This document shows positions 18,745 to 27,691 of a stretch of DNA of 32,899 bases, in pieces. The position numbers and the translations under genes were made by a program. Each line of letters begins with the position of its first letter. Position 1 is the first letter of the stretch. The notes beneath the pieces were generated by a model, which did not search any database, was not told the origin of the DNA, and saw only the letters and a program-made list of their open reading frames with translations. Source of the stretch: an uncultured Muribaculaceae bacterium (GTDB taxonomy: Bacteria; Bacillota_I; Bacilli_A; RF39; UBA660); contig CAYTQE010000001.1 of the NCBI GenBank assembly GCA_964439985.1, positions 1 to 32,899 on the forward strand. Direction: 5' to 3'.

Positions 18745-20061
18745 ATGAAAAAAAGATTATTACTAATAATTAGTATATTAATGTTATTTATCCCGGTTAT
18801 AGCAGATGCAGCATCTGGGAGTATAAAAGCAACTAGTAGTTCTTCAAAAATAACTCTTAATAATACTTTTACTGTTACTGTTAATGTAAATAGTACAGAC
18901 CCACTTGGATCATGGGATTATACATTAACTTATGATTCATCAAAATTAAGCTTACAAAAAGGGGATACACGAGTAGTAGGATATGGTGATGGCTCTTACT
19001 CAAGTAAATCATACTCATATACTTTTAAAGCCATTGGTTTAGGTTCAGCAACGATCGGAATATCATCAGCTAAAATAGCAGACTGGAACACTGATAGTTT
19101 TATTTCAACTACACCAGCTGGTACTACTGTAAATATTAGCAACCCTGTCAATATTGTTTATAGCTCAGATAATCATCTTACAGATTTATCAGTAGATGAT
19201 TATAAGTTAGAACCTCAATTTGATAAAAATGTTTTAGAGTATACATTAACTACTAAACCAGGAATAACATCTGTAAATATATCTGCTAAAACTTCTCATT
19301 CAAAAGCTAAAATAGAAAAAACAGGATCATTTGATGTGGTAGAAGGGGAAAATATTATACCAATAGTAGTTAAAGCAGAAAATGGCTCTACTAAAACATA
19401 TACAATAAAATTAACAGTCCCAGAAAAAGATCCAATTGAGGTAAATATTAATAATAAAAAAATAAATATCTTAAGAAAATTACCAGAGGATTTACCAATT
19501 GATTTTATTGAGAAAACTATAATTATAAATGAAGAAGAAGTTCCCGCATTATATAGTGAAAAATTAAAAATAACTCTCGTTTATGTTCGAGATGAAAAAG
19601 GAAAAAATGGATATTACACATTTGAAAATACAAAAGTTTCAGAAAAATTTACTATAATAAATAGTAAGGATATATCTATTTATCTAAATAAAACAGAAAA
19701 TATTTTAAAAGGCTTTAAAAAATCTATATTAGAAATTGACAATCAAAAAATTGATTCTTATCAAATAACTAAAAATAGTAAGTATTATATTATTTATGGT
19801 ACTGATCTTCTTACAAATAAATCTAATTATTATAGTTATGATAGTATAAATAAAACATTACAAATTTACGATCAAGAAACTCATGATTATTTTCAAAATC
19901 AACTTAATGAAAAAATGATAATAATTTATGCATTAGGTGGATCTTTAATTATTTTTATCTTAATAACAATATTATTAAGTAGAAACAAATCTAAAATTAA
20001 AAAAATAGAAGCTAAATTAGAACCTAAGAAAACAAAATTAGAGGAAAAAAAGAAAAAGTAA
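18745..20061 (+). CDS. Membrane-anchored cohesin-domain protein (mini-scaffoldin-like) with cadherin-like domain
   Basis: Signal peptide, then a cohesin-like module (GSIKATSSSSKITLNNTFTVTVNVNSTDPLGSWDYTLTYDSSKLSL). A cadherin-like module follows (LTDLSVDDYKLEPQFDKNVLEYTLT). There is a C-terminal TM helix (IIIYALGGSLIIFILITILLS) and a Lys-rich tail. It starts 10 nt after the dockerin gene with a GGAGG ribosome-binding site. Confidence 0.68.
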   Translation: MKKRLLLIISILMLFIPVIADAASGSIKATSSSSKITLNNTFTVTVNVNSTDPLGSWDYTLTYDSSKLSLQKGDTRVVGYGDGSYSSKSYSYTFKAIGLGSATIGISSAKIADWNTDSFISTTPAGTTVNISNPVNIVYSSDNHLTDLSVDDYKLEPQFDKNVLEYTLTTKPGITSVNISAKTSHSKAKIEKTGSFDVVEGENIIPIVVKAENGSTKTYTIKLTVPEKDPIEVNINNKKINILRKLPEDLPIDFIEKTIIINEEEVPALYSEKLKITLVYVRDEKGKNGYYTFENTKVSEKFTIINSKDISIYLNKTENILKGFKKSILEIDNQKIDSYQITKNSKYYIIYGTDLLTNKSNYYSYDSINKTLQIYDQETHDYFQNQLNEKMIIIYALGGSLIIFILITILLSRNKSKIKKIEAKLEPKKTKLEEKKKK

Positions 20062-20104
20062 TGAAGAAATCATTACTTTTTGTTATAATATTTTTGAGGT
20101 TCCA

Positions 20105-20848
20105 ATGATTATAAAAGAATTTAAAAAAAAGAAAAATAATGAATATGAATTAATATTTAATAATAATCAAACAATTTATTTGTATGATGATATTATTCTT
20201 AAATATCAGTTATTAATAAATAAAGAAATAACTTCTAATGAGTTAAAAAAAATTATCAAAGAAAATGATAGGCTAGAAGCATATTATAAAGCGGTGAAAT
20301 ATTTAAATATAAAAATGCGTTCTATTTTAGAAGTCAAAAAATATTTATCAAAATTAAAATATGATCTAAAAATTATAGATTCAACAATTAAAAAATTAAT
20401 AGAAGAAAACTATTTAAATGATTTAAAATTTACTGAAAGTTATATAAATGATCAATATAATTTAACTAATAATGGACCTGGAAAAATTAAATACAATTTA
20501 ATAAAGCTAGGCATAGAAGAAAAAAACATTATAATAGATAAAGATTTTAACGAAAAAATAAATCATTTAATTAGTAAAAAAATAAATACTAACCGTAAAC
20601 TTAGTACAAATGCATTAAGAAACAACATAATAAATTATTTGATAAGTTTAGGTTATCCTAAAGAAGACTTTATAGATAAATTAGAAAATATAAATAATAA
20701 CGATGCCTCTTTTATAAAAAAAGATTATGATCGATTATTAACAAAATATAAAAATAAATATGATAATGTTAAATTAAAATTAGTTTTAAAAGATAAATTA
20801 TACCAAAAAGGATATCAAATAGAAGATATTAATGATATTATTAATTAG
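20105..20848 (+). CDS. recX: RecX-family regulatory protein
   Basis: 247 aa of repeated three-helix RecX-like units (YYKAVKYLNIKMRSILEVKKYL..., YLNDLKFTESYINDQ...). Confidence 0.7.
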   Translation: MIIKEFKKKKNNEYELIFNNNQTIYLYDDIILKYQLLINKEITSNELKKIIKENDRLEAYYKAVKYLNIKMRSILEVKKYLSKLKYDLKIIDSTIKKLIEENYLNDLKFTESYINDQYNLTNNGPGKIKYNLIKLGIEEKNIIIDKDFNEKINHLISKKINTNRKLSTNALRNNIINYLISLGYPKEDFIDKLENINNNDASFIKKDYDRLLTKYKNKYDNVKLKLVLKDKLYQKGYQIEDINDIIN

Positions 20849-20856
20849 GAGAAATT

Positions 20857-21150
20857 ATGAAATTAAAATATAATACTTTAAATAGTGAAGAGAAAGAAAA
20901 ATTAAAAAAATCATTTTTAGAAACTGAAATGAGTCAAATATATAAAAAAGCTAATCGACTTTTAGTTATATCAATATTAGGTTTAATTTTTTCGATAATT
21001 AGTTTAATATTTGATATTTTTTATAAAACAGGAATACTTAATTATTTTATCGATGGATTTTTATTTATATTTTGCTTAATATTTATTTTAATTATGAAAA
21101 ATGTAAAATTAAAAGAGATTAATAAATATTTGATTAACAAAAAAAAATAA
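20857..21150 (+). CDS. Small membrane protein, unknown function
   Basis: 97 aa with two hydrophobic helices. Tightly spaced after recX, with GGAGA upstream. Confidence 0.5.
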   Translation: MKLKYNTLNSEEKEKLKKSFLETEMSQIYKKANRLLVISILGLIFSIISLIFDIFYKTGILNYFIDGFLFIFCLIFILIMKNVKLKEINKYLINKKK

Positions 21151-21181
21151 CTTTAGTTATTTTTTTTAATATATTCTTTAA

Positions 21182-22201
21182 TTATTCTTGATTAGCTTGA
21201 TTTCTTAATGAAAGTAATTGATTACTTGTATAGCTTGAATATTGTTTACTTATTACTGAATCTTCTATATTAAAACCATATGATTTTCTTAATTCAATCA
21301 TTGCATTAACAGGTAGTGTATTATCAGTATTTAGTAAATTTTTAGATAATGTTTCAACTATAGTATCTTTTATATTTTTTAATTCTTCTTTATCTTTTTC
21401 ACCTGTTTTTAAAATTATATGATATCCATAAATTGTTTTAATAGGTTTTTTAGTATAAGTATTTAATTTTAAATCATATGCAGCTTTTTCAAACTCTGCT
21501 AGCATTTTACCTTTATTGAAGAATCCTAAATCTCCACCTTTTTCAGCAGAACCATCATCATCAGAATGTTCTTTAGCAAGTGTATCAAAATCGGTATCTT
21601 TATCAAGTTCTTTTATTATATTATTAGCTTTTTTTAATGCATCTGCTTCTAATTTTGATATTTCTTCTTCTGTCATATCATCTGTTGCATCTACTGCTAT
21701 TAAAATATGTTTAGCTGAAATATCCCCAACTATATCATTTTTGTAATATGTCTCGATTTCCTTATCAGTTATTTGAGTTTTAGCATAATCTTCTATAGCT
21801 TTGTTTCGATAGTAACTTAATACTAAAAGTTCTTCAAATTTTTCAATTTCACTTATACCATAATATTCATTTAATGCGTCTAATAATGCGGACTCATTGT
21901 ATTTTCCATTTTCATCAACATAATTTTCTTTTACATAATCAAGTTGTTTTTTGGCATCTGCTTTAGCATCATCTTCATCTTCGGGATATTCTTTTACTAA
22001 TATAGTATTATCAATCATATCTATTAAAATATTTAATGCGTATTTATCTTTTAGTTCATTATATAAATCATCGGCACTAATATTTAATTCTTCATTATCA
22101 AATGATACAATAGCTTCCTTTCCATCAGCTAGTTTTGGTGCTTTCCCACATCCAGTTAATAAGAATATAATAACTAGTGAGATAATAATTTTCTTTTTCA
22201 T
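21182..22201 (-). CDS. prsA: Foldase lipoprotein PrsA (parvulin-type peptidyl-prolyl isomerase)
   Basis: Lipobox LLTGC. Parvulin motifs SAKHILI, HSDDDGSAEKGGDLGFFNKGKMLAEFEKAAY and YGYHII. I prefer the second ATG at 22201 because GGAGG lies 5 nt upstream. Confidence 0.85.
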   Translation of the reverse strand: MKKKIIISLVIIFLLTGCGKAPKLADGKEAIVSFDNEELNISADDLYNELKDKYALNILIDMIDNTILVKEYPEDEDDAKADAKKQLDYVKENYVDENGKYNESALLDALNEYYGISEIEKFEELLVLSYYRNKAIEDYAKTQITDKEIETYYKNDIVGDISAKHILIAVDATDDMTEEEISKLEADALKKANNIIKELDKDTDFDTLAKEHSDDDGSAEKGGDLGFFNKGKMLAEFEKAAYDLKLNTYTKKPIKTIYGYHIILKTGEKDKEELKNIKDTIVETLSKNLLNTDNTLPVNAMIELRKSYGFNIEDSVISKQYSSYTSNQLLSLRNQANQE

Positions 22202-22273
22202 TTTTTCCTCCATGACAATAGTTATTATATCAACATATTATTTAAAAAACAAGAACACAATGTAGATATTTTC

Positions 22274-22282
22274 CATACAATA
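22274..22282 (+). promoter_or_regulatory. Possible mother-cell sigma (sigE/sigK-type) -10 element
   Basis: CATACAATA fits the CATAnnnTA / CATACAnT patterns. An AC dinucleotide lies 17 nt upstream, and the element is 28 nt before the first tiny ORF. Weak evidence only. Confidence 0.3.
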
Positions 22283-22309
22283 AAGTGAGTAATGAAAAGG
22301 AGGGAGAAT

Positions 22310-22408
22310 ATGAACACTTGCTGCAATGCACATAATGGAATTAGCGGTGCTGCTTTCATTCTTGTATTATTTATACTATTAGTGATTATCGTAGGAGCTA
22401 TAATATAG
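22310..22408 (+). CDS. Tiny hydrophobic Cys-containing peptide (32 aa), YjcZ/tiny-TM-like
   Basis: AAAGGAGGG ribosome-binding site, then ATG: MNTCCNAHNGISGAAFILVLFILLVIIVGAII. Not in the ORF track. Confidence 0.6.
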   Translation: MNTCCNAHNGISGAAFILVLFILLVIIVGAII

Positions 22409-22426
22409 TAAAGGAGGTATAAAGAA

Positions 22427-22546
22427 ATGTGTAATACGTGTAATAAAGAAAAACACTCTAAAGGATTTTGCGGAATAAACAATTCATTTATTGTATTAGT
22501 TTTATTTATTCTCTTAGCAATTATTCTTGGAGCGGCTTGTATATAA
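22427..22546 (+). CDS. Tiny hydrophobic Cys-containing peptide (39 aa), paralog of the preceding one
   Basis: AAAGGAGGT ribosome-binding site, then ATG: MCNTCNKEKHSKGFCGINNSFIVLVLFILLAIILGAACI. It shares the VLVLFILL-II-GA core with the upstream peptide. Not in the ORF track. Confidence 0.6.
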   Translation: MCNTCNKEKHSKGFCGINNSFIVLVLFILLAIILGAACI

Positions 22547-22617
22547 AAAGAAAGAGCGATGTCTCTTTTTTTATTTATAGCTGTGTGGTAAAATGGAAGA
22601 AGAATAGGGTGAATCTA

Positions 22618-24378
22618 ATGTTTGGAAAAATTATTAGTATGGAAGATAATATTGTAACAATTGAAAATATTGCAACAAAGCTTGAGGCTAATTATATTAA
22701 TTATCATGTTGTTTTTAGTGAAGGAAATAGAAAAATCATAGGAGAAATAACTAATATAAAGGAAAAAGAGATAACCATTTTATTAGTAGGTGAAGTAAAA
22801 GATGATATTTTTTATTCAGGAGTATTAAAAAAACCTAATTTTATAACAATTCCTAGATTAGTATATAAAAGTGAAGTGGAACTATTTTTAGGTAATCAAG
22901 ATATTTCTAATCAAAACAATTTATATATTGGTAAATCTAATACTTATGAAGGCTTTAATGTCTGTGCAGATTTAAATGAGTTTTTTGCTAACCATTTCGC
23001 AATAATAGGAAATACTGGTTCTGGTAAATCTTGTGGAGTTGCTAGAATTTTACAAAATCTTTTATATCATAATGATGCTGCATTGCCAACTAATGCTCAT
23101 ATAGTTTTATTTGATGTTTATGGCGAATATAATTCAGCATTAAGTGATATAAATAAACTACCAAATATGGGATATAAAAACTTTACCACCAAATTAGATT
23201 TTTCTGAAGGAGAAGTATTAAATATTCCAGCATATTTTTTAGAAGTTGATGATTTAGCTCTTTTACTTAATGCTACAACTCCTACTCAATTACCAATTAT
23301 TGAAAAAGCAATAAAATTAGTTTATATATTTAATAGTAAAGACGAAGTAATGCAAACATATAAAAATGATATTATTGCATCATCTTTACTAGATATTTTA
23401 TCTTCAGGAAGATCATCAGTCCAAATTAGAGATCAAATTGTTGCAGTCTTAACATATTATAATACTCCAACTCTTAACTTAGATACCTTAATAGTTCAAC
23501 CAGGATATTCAAGAACAATCAAACAATGTTTAAATATTGATCAACAAGGAAAAATGAATTCAGTTCAATTTGTAGTAGATTTCTTAAGTGGTTTTAAAAA
23601 GCTGGATTTAAGTACAGTAAAAACTGATGCTACTTTAGTTTATACACTTGATGATTTATATTACGCTTTTGAATTTGCTTTAATTAGTGAAGGGGTATTA
23701 AAAAGTGAAAAAGTATATGATGAATTTAATCAACTGAAGGTAAGATTACAACAAATAATTAATAGTCCGAATAAACAATTTTTTAGAACTAGTGAAGAAA
23801 GAATTAGTAAAGAAAGATATATTAAAGAATTATTTTTATCAGAAACTGGAAAAAGACAAATTATCAATATGAATCTTAACTATATAGATGAAAGATTTGC
23901 TAAAATTTTAACTAAAATTTATACTAAAATGTTTTTTGATTTCGCAACAGAGCTAGAACACAGAGCTAGTTATCCAATTCATATTATATTAGAAGAAGCT
24001 CACAGATATGTTCAAAATGATAATGATATAGAGATTTTGGGATATAATATATTTGATCGAATAACCAAAGAAGGTAGAAAATATGGTGTCCTATTAGGTC
24101 TTATAACTCAAAGACCAAGTGAATTATCTAATACAGCTTTATCACAATGTTCTAATTTTATTTCATTTAGAATGTTTCATCCTGATGATTTAAAAATAAT
24201 AAGTAGTATATCTAGTAATGTTAGTTTAGAAACAATTGAAAAATTAAAAAGTTTAACACCAGGAATAGCTATGGTTTTTGGAGTTTCATTTAAATTACCG
24301 CTTTTGACTAAATTAGAATTACCTAATCCAATGCCACAAAGTACTAGTGTTAATATAAAAGAGTTATGGTACCAATAA
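22618..24378 (+). CDS. HerA/FtsK-like P-loop ATPase (DUF87-type) with N-terminal HAS-barrel-like domain
   Basis: Walker A GNTGSGKSC, Walker B-like HIILEEAHRY, and GRKYGVLLGLITQRPSEL. The N-terminus (MFGKIISMEDNIVTIEN...IIGEITNI) looks like a small barrel. I prefer the ATG at 22618 with GGGTG upstream; the track's TTG start at 22468 overlaps the tiny peptide gene. Confidence 0.78.
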   Translation: MFGKIISMEDNIVTIENIATKLEANYINYHVVFSEGNRKIIGEITNIKEKEITILLVGEVKDDIFYSGVLKKPNFITIPRLVYKSEVELFLGNQDISNQNNLYIGKSNTYEGFNVCADLNEFFANHFAIIGNTGSGKSCGVARILQNLLYHNDAALPTNAHIVLFDVYGEYNSALSDINKLPNMGYKNFTTKLDFSEGEVLNIPAYFLEVDDLALLLNATTPTQLPIIEKAIKLVYIFNSKDEVMQTYKNDIIASSLLDILSSGRSSVQIRDQIVAVLTYYNTPTLNLDTLIVQPGYSRTIKQCLNIDQQGKMNSVQFVVDFLSGFKKLDLSTVKTDATLVYTLDDLYYAFEFALISEGVLKSEKVYDEFNQLKVRLQQIINSPNKQFFRTSEERISKERYIKELFLSETGKRQIINMNLNYIDERFAKILTKIYTKMFFDFATELEHRASYPIHIILEEAHRYVQNDNDIEILGYNIFDRITKEGRKYGVLLGLITQRPSELSNTALSQCSNFISFRMFHPDDLKIISSISSNVSLETIEKLKSLTPGIAMVFGVSFKLPLLTKLELPNPMPQSTSVNIKELWYQ

Positions 24379-24380
24379 AA

Positions 24381-24402
24381 AAAGAGATTTCAAAATCTCT
24401 TT
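24381..24402. terminator. Bidirectional terminator between the HerA-like gene and rpmB
   Basis: A 9-bp stem (aaagagatt 24381-24389 pairs with aatctcttt 24394-24402) with loop tcaa, and A and T runs on both sides. Confidence 0.55.
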
Positions 24403-24572
24403 TAATTTGTCATTTTTTTTAAAGCTTTAGCTTCTCTAGCAGTTAATTTAACTTTAATTCCATTAATAGTAACGGTTTGAAAATTAGGTTTTTGTTTAGT
24501 TCTGGTAGCGTTTAAAGCATGAGAACGCTTATTACCAGATAAAGGTTTAACGGTTGATATTTTTTTCGCCAT
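24402..24572 (-). CDS. rpmB: 50S ribosomal protein L28
   Basis: Hand translation of the minus strand gives MAKKISTVKPLSGNKRSHALNATRTKQKPNFQTVTINGIKVKLTAREAKALKKMTN (56 aa). It carries the L28 signature GN-RSHA-N-T and a GGAGGAG ribosome-binding site. Absent from the ORF track. Confidence 0.85.
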   Translation of the reverse strand: MAKKISTVKPLSGNKRSHALNATRTKQKPNFQTVTINGIKVKLTAREAKALKKMTN

Positions 24573-24598
24573 GGTATCTCCTCCTTAAATTCCATCTG

Positions 24599-24627
24599 AT
24601 TTTACCATAAAAATAATTGAAGGTCAA
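24599..24627 (-). promoter_or_regulatory. Sigma-A-type promoter of rpmB
   Basis: On the minus strand: TTGACC (24627-24622), 17-nt spacer ending in TGg, then TAAAAT (24604-24599). Confidence 0.45.
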
Positions 24628-24665
24628 TTGTTATCAGCTTAGTTGGTAATTAATTATATTATTAT

Positions 24666-24694
24666 TTGTCAAACTAGTCTTAGTATTATATAAT
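24666..24694 (+). promoter_or_regulatory. Sigma-A-type promoter upstream of dnaE
   Basis: TTGTCA (24666-24671), 17-nt spacer, then TATAAT (24689-24694). It lies only 8-17 nt before the candidate start codons. Confidence 0.45.
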
Positions 24695-24702
24695 AAATTT
24701 AG

Positions 24703-27564
24703 GTGGTTATCTTGAAAGAATGTATAAGTATTAAAACTGATTATTCACTTTTAAAAAGTCTTATTCAAATTAAAACTTTACTTTCTTTTGGAGTGGAAAA
24801 TGGTTTTAACACCTTAGGAATTATCGATGATAATCTATCTGGTTCAATGGAGTTTTTAAAAAATTGTTATAAAAACTCGATCAAACCAGTAATTGGATAT
24901 GATGTTAAGTATAATGATAAAAATATTATATTATACGCTAAAAATTATTCTGGTTTGAAAAAATTATTTAAATTAAATACTTTTTTATTAGATAATCCTT
25001 TAAATATTATAGAATTAACAAAATACATTAATGATTTAATAATTTTAATACCATATAATTCAATAGATTTATATTATGAATTAAGTAAAGTTAGTAAAAA
25101 TGTATTCATAGGATATAATAATGATGATGAAAAAATTACATCTTTACTATTAACTGATAAAGTTGTTTACTTTAATATTGCTTTAACACTTACTAAGGAA
25201 GATACTAAATATTTAAAAATAATTGAAGCTATTAATAATAATTTAACTATTGATGAAATAAAAACTGATTATAATCATTTATATTTAAAAGCTACTGATT
25301 CATCTATATTAACTAATTTAATTAATATAGAGTTACCTAATTATCCAGTATTAATCCCTCATTATGATTCTAATATAAAAAACAGTTATAAATATTTAGA
25401 AAACTTAGCTATCAAAGGTTTATATAAAAGACTTGGAAAAGATGTTTCTAAAGAATATAAAGACAGATTATCATATGAACTTAAAGTAATAAAAGATATG
25501 GGATATGTTGATTACTTTTTAATCGTATATGATTATGTTAAATATGCGGTTCATAATGATATTATGGTTGGTCCTGGTAGAGGTTCAGCAGCTGGATCAT
25601 TAGTTACATATTCAATAGGTATAACTTCAGTAGACCCTTTAAAATATGGACTGCTCTTTGAAAGATTTTTAAATCCAGAAAGAATTAGTATGCCTGATAT
25701 TGATATAGACTTTGATGCCAAACGGAGAGATGAAGTAGTTAATTATGTTAAAAATAGATATGGTGATTTTAATACATTATCAATTAGTGTCTATGGGACA
25801 TTTGCCGCAAGACAAGTCTTAATCTCTTTAGCTAAAGTATATAATTTAGATATTACTTCATTATTAAAATTTATTGATTCTAAAAAAACCTTAAAACAAA
25901 ATTTAACCAAAGAAGTTTTAAAAATATTAAATACTAACTATGAAATCAAAAAATTATATTATTTAGGATTTCAACTTGAGGGATTAAAAAAACATATAGG
26001 TACTCATGCAGCAGGTGTAGTAGTTTCAAGTGTTGTTTTAGATGAAGTAATCCCAATAACTAAAAGTGGTGATGTATATTTAACTGGATATACTATGAAT
26101 TACTTAGAAGAAGTAGGTCTTTTAAAAATGGATTTTTTAGCAATTAAAGATCTAACTACGATATCTAATATTTTAAAAATGATTCCAGAAACAATAAATA
26201 TAAATAAGATTGAATTAAATGATAAAAAAGTTTTAGAAAGATTTAAATATGCTAGTACAACAGGAGTTTTTCAATTTGAAAGCCAAGGAATGAAAAACTT
26301 CTTAAGAAAATTAAAACCGAGTTCATTTTTAGATTTAGTTGTTGCTCTAGCACTTTTTAGACCAGGACCAATGGAAAATATAGACTCTTTTATTAAAAGA
26401 AAAGAAGGTAAAGAAAAAATAAACACAATTGTTCCTGAGCTTGAAAAAGTTTTAGAAGAAACTTATGGAATAATTGTTTATCAAGAACAAATAATGCAAA
26501 TCTTCAATATTGTTGGTAGCTATTCAGTAGCTGAGGCTGATTTAATAAGAAGAGCAATATCTAAAAAAGATGAGAAAGTAATTTATGAAGAAAGAGAAAG
26601 TTTTATAAAAAAAGCCATAGACAATAAATTTAGTAAAGAAAAAGCAGAAGAAATCTATAATTTGATAATTAAGTTTGCTAATTATGGTTTTAATAAATCT
26701 CATTCAGTAGCGTATGCTCTAGTTGGATATCAAATGATGTTTTTAAAAGTATATTATCCTGAGTATTTTTATATATCACTACTTAATATTAACTTAGGCT
26801 CTACTTCAAAAACCAAAGAATATTTAGATGAAGCAAAATGTTTAGATATTAAATTTCATAAACCAGATATTAATTTAAGTACTGAGATTTATATAAAAGA
26901 AAATGGAATTAGAATGCCACTTAATTTAGTTAAAAATATTGGTGTAGTAGCAGCTTTTGATATAATCAAAGAACGCGAAAAAGGATTATATATAGACTTT
27001 TTTGATTTTGTAGCTCGAACTTATGGTAAGAGCGTAAATACCAAAACTCTCGAAAATTTAATATATGGGGGAGTATTAGATTCATTTAATGAAACGAGAA
27101 AAACATTAATAGAAAATATAAATAATGCGATTATATATGCTGAATTAATGACTGGTCTAGATTCATCACTTGTAGCAAAGCCATCACTAGTACAGCATCA
27201 AGAATATTCTCCTGAAGAACTAATGAATAAAGAATTAGAACTATATGGATTTTATGTTTCTAATCATCCAGCTAGTAAATATAATGTAATTAAAATAAAC
27301 ACTATTGAAACTCACTTTGATAAAGTAATTACGACAATTGGACTTTTAGAAAATATAAAATCTATCAAAACAAAAAAGAATGATTCGATGGCTTTTTTAC
27401 AAGTTAGTGATGAAACTGGAAAGTTAGATTATACTATTTTTCCTAATAGAATAGGTTATATAAATCAAATTAAAAAAGGGGATTTATTAAAAATAGTTGG
27501 TAAAGTAGAAAAAAGATTAGATAAATATCAAATTGTAGTAAATACAATAACAATAATTAAATAG
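24703..27564 (+). CDS. dnaE: DNA polymerase III alpha subunit, DnaE type
   Basis: 953 aa with N-terminal PHP-like region, GPGRGSAAGSLVTYSIGIT, PDIDIDF, YGIIVYQEQIMQ, FNKSHSVAYA and a C-terminal OB-fold region. The start is ambiguous: GTG at 24703 or TTG at 24712, with AGGTGG at 24701. Confidence 0.9.
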   Translation: MVILKECISIKTDYSLLKSLIQIKTLLSFGVENGFNTLGIIDDNLSGSMEFLKNCYKNSIKPVIGYDVKYNDKNIILYAKNYSGLKKLFKLNTFLLDNPLNIIELTKYINDLIILIPYNSIDLYYELSKVSKNVFIGYNNDDEKITSLLLTDKVVYFNIALTLTKEDTKYLKIIEAINNNLTIDEIKTDYNHLYLKATDSSILTNLINIELPNYPVLIPHYDSNIKNSYKYLENLAIKGLYKRLGKDVSKEYKDRLSYELKVIKDMGYVDYFLIVYDYVKYAVHNDIMVGPGRGSAAGSLVTYSIGITSVDPLKYGLLFERFLNPERISMPDIDIDFDAKRRDEVVNYVKNRYGDFNTLSISVYGTFAARQVLISLAKVYNLDITSLLKFIDSKKTLKQNLTKEVLKILNTNYEIKKLYYLGFQLEGLKKHIGTHAAGVVVSSVVLDEVIPITKSGDVYLTGYTMNYLEEVGLLKMDFLAIKDLTTISNILKMIPETININKIELNDKKVLERFKYASTTGVFQFESQGMKNFLRKLKPSSFLDLVVALALFRPGPMENIDSFIKRKEGKEKINTIVPELEKVLEETYGIIVYQEQIMQIFNIVGSYSVAEADLIRRAISKKDEKVIYEERESFIKKAIDNKFSKEKAEEIYNLIIKFANYGFNKSHSVAYALVGYQMMFLKVYYPEYFYISLLNINLGSTSKTKEYLDEAKCLDIKFHKPDINLSTEIYIKENGIRMPLNLVKNIGVVAAFDIIKEREKGLYIDFFDFVARTYGKSVNTKTLENLIYGGVLDSFNETRKTLIENINNAIIYAELMTGLDSSLVAKPSLVQHQEYSPEELMNKELELYGFYVSNHPASKYNVIKINTIETHFDKVITTIGLLENIKSIKTKKNDSMAFLQVSDETGKLDYTIFPNRIGYINQIKKGDLLKIVGKVEKRLDKYQIVVNTITIIK

Positions 27565-27691
27565 GTTTTAAAACTTATGATAAGAGTGATACATTATAAG
27601 AAGCAGATATAACTTTATCTTTAACAAAGATAATGGTAATTCTTTTACCTTTTGCGGCTTTATTGTTGTATAATAAATAGAAGGTGATGAT

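Noticed and set aside
22225-22482. 85-aa minus-strand ORF from the track
   Set aside because: It lies antisense to two plus-strand tiny genes that have strong ribosome-binding sites. It has no ribosome-binding site of its own, and its sequence looks like an AT-rich translation artefact.
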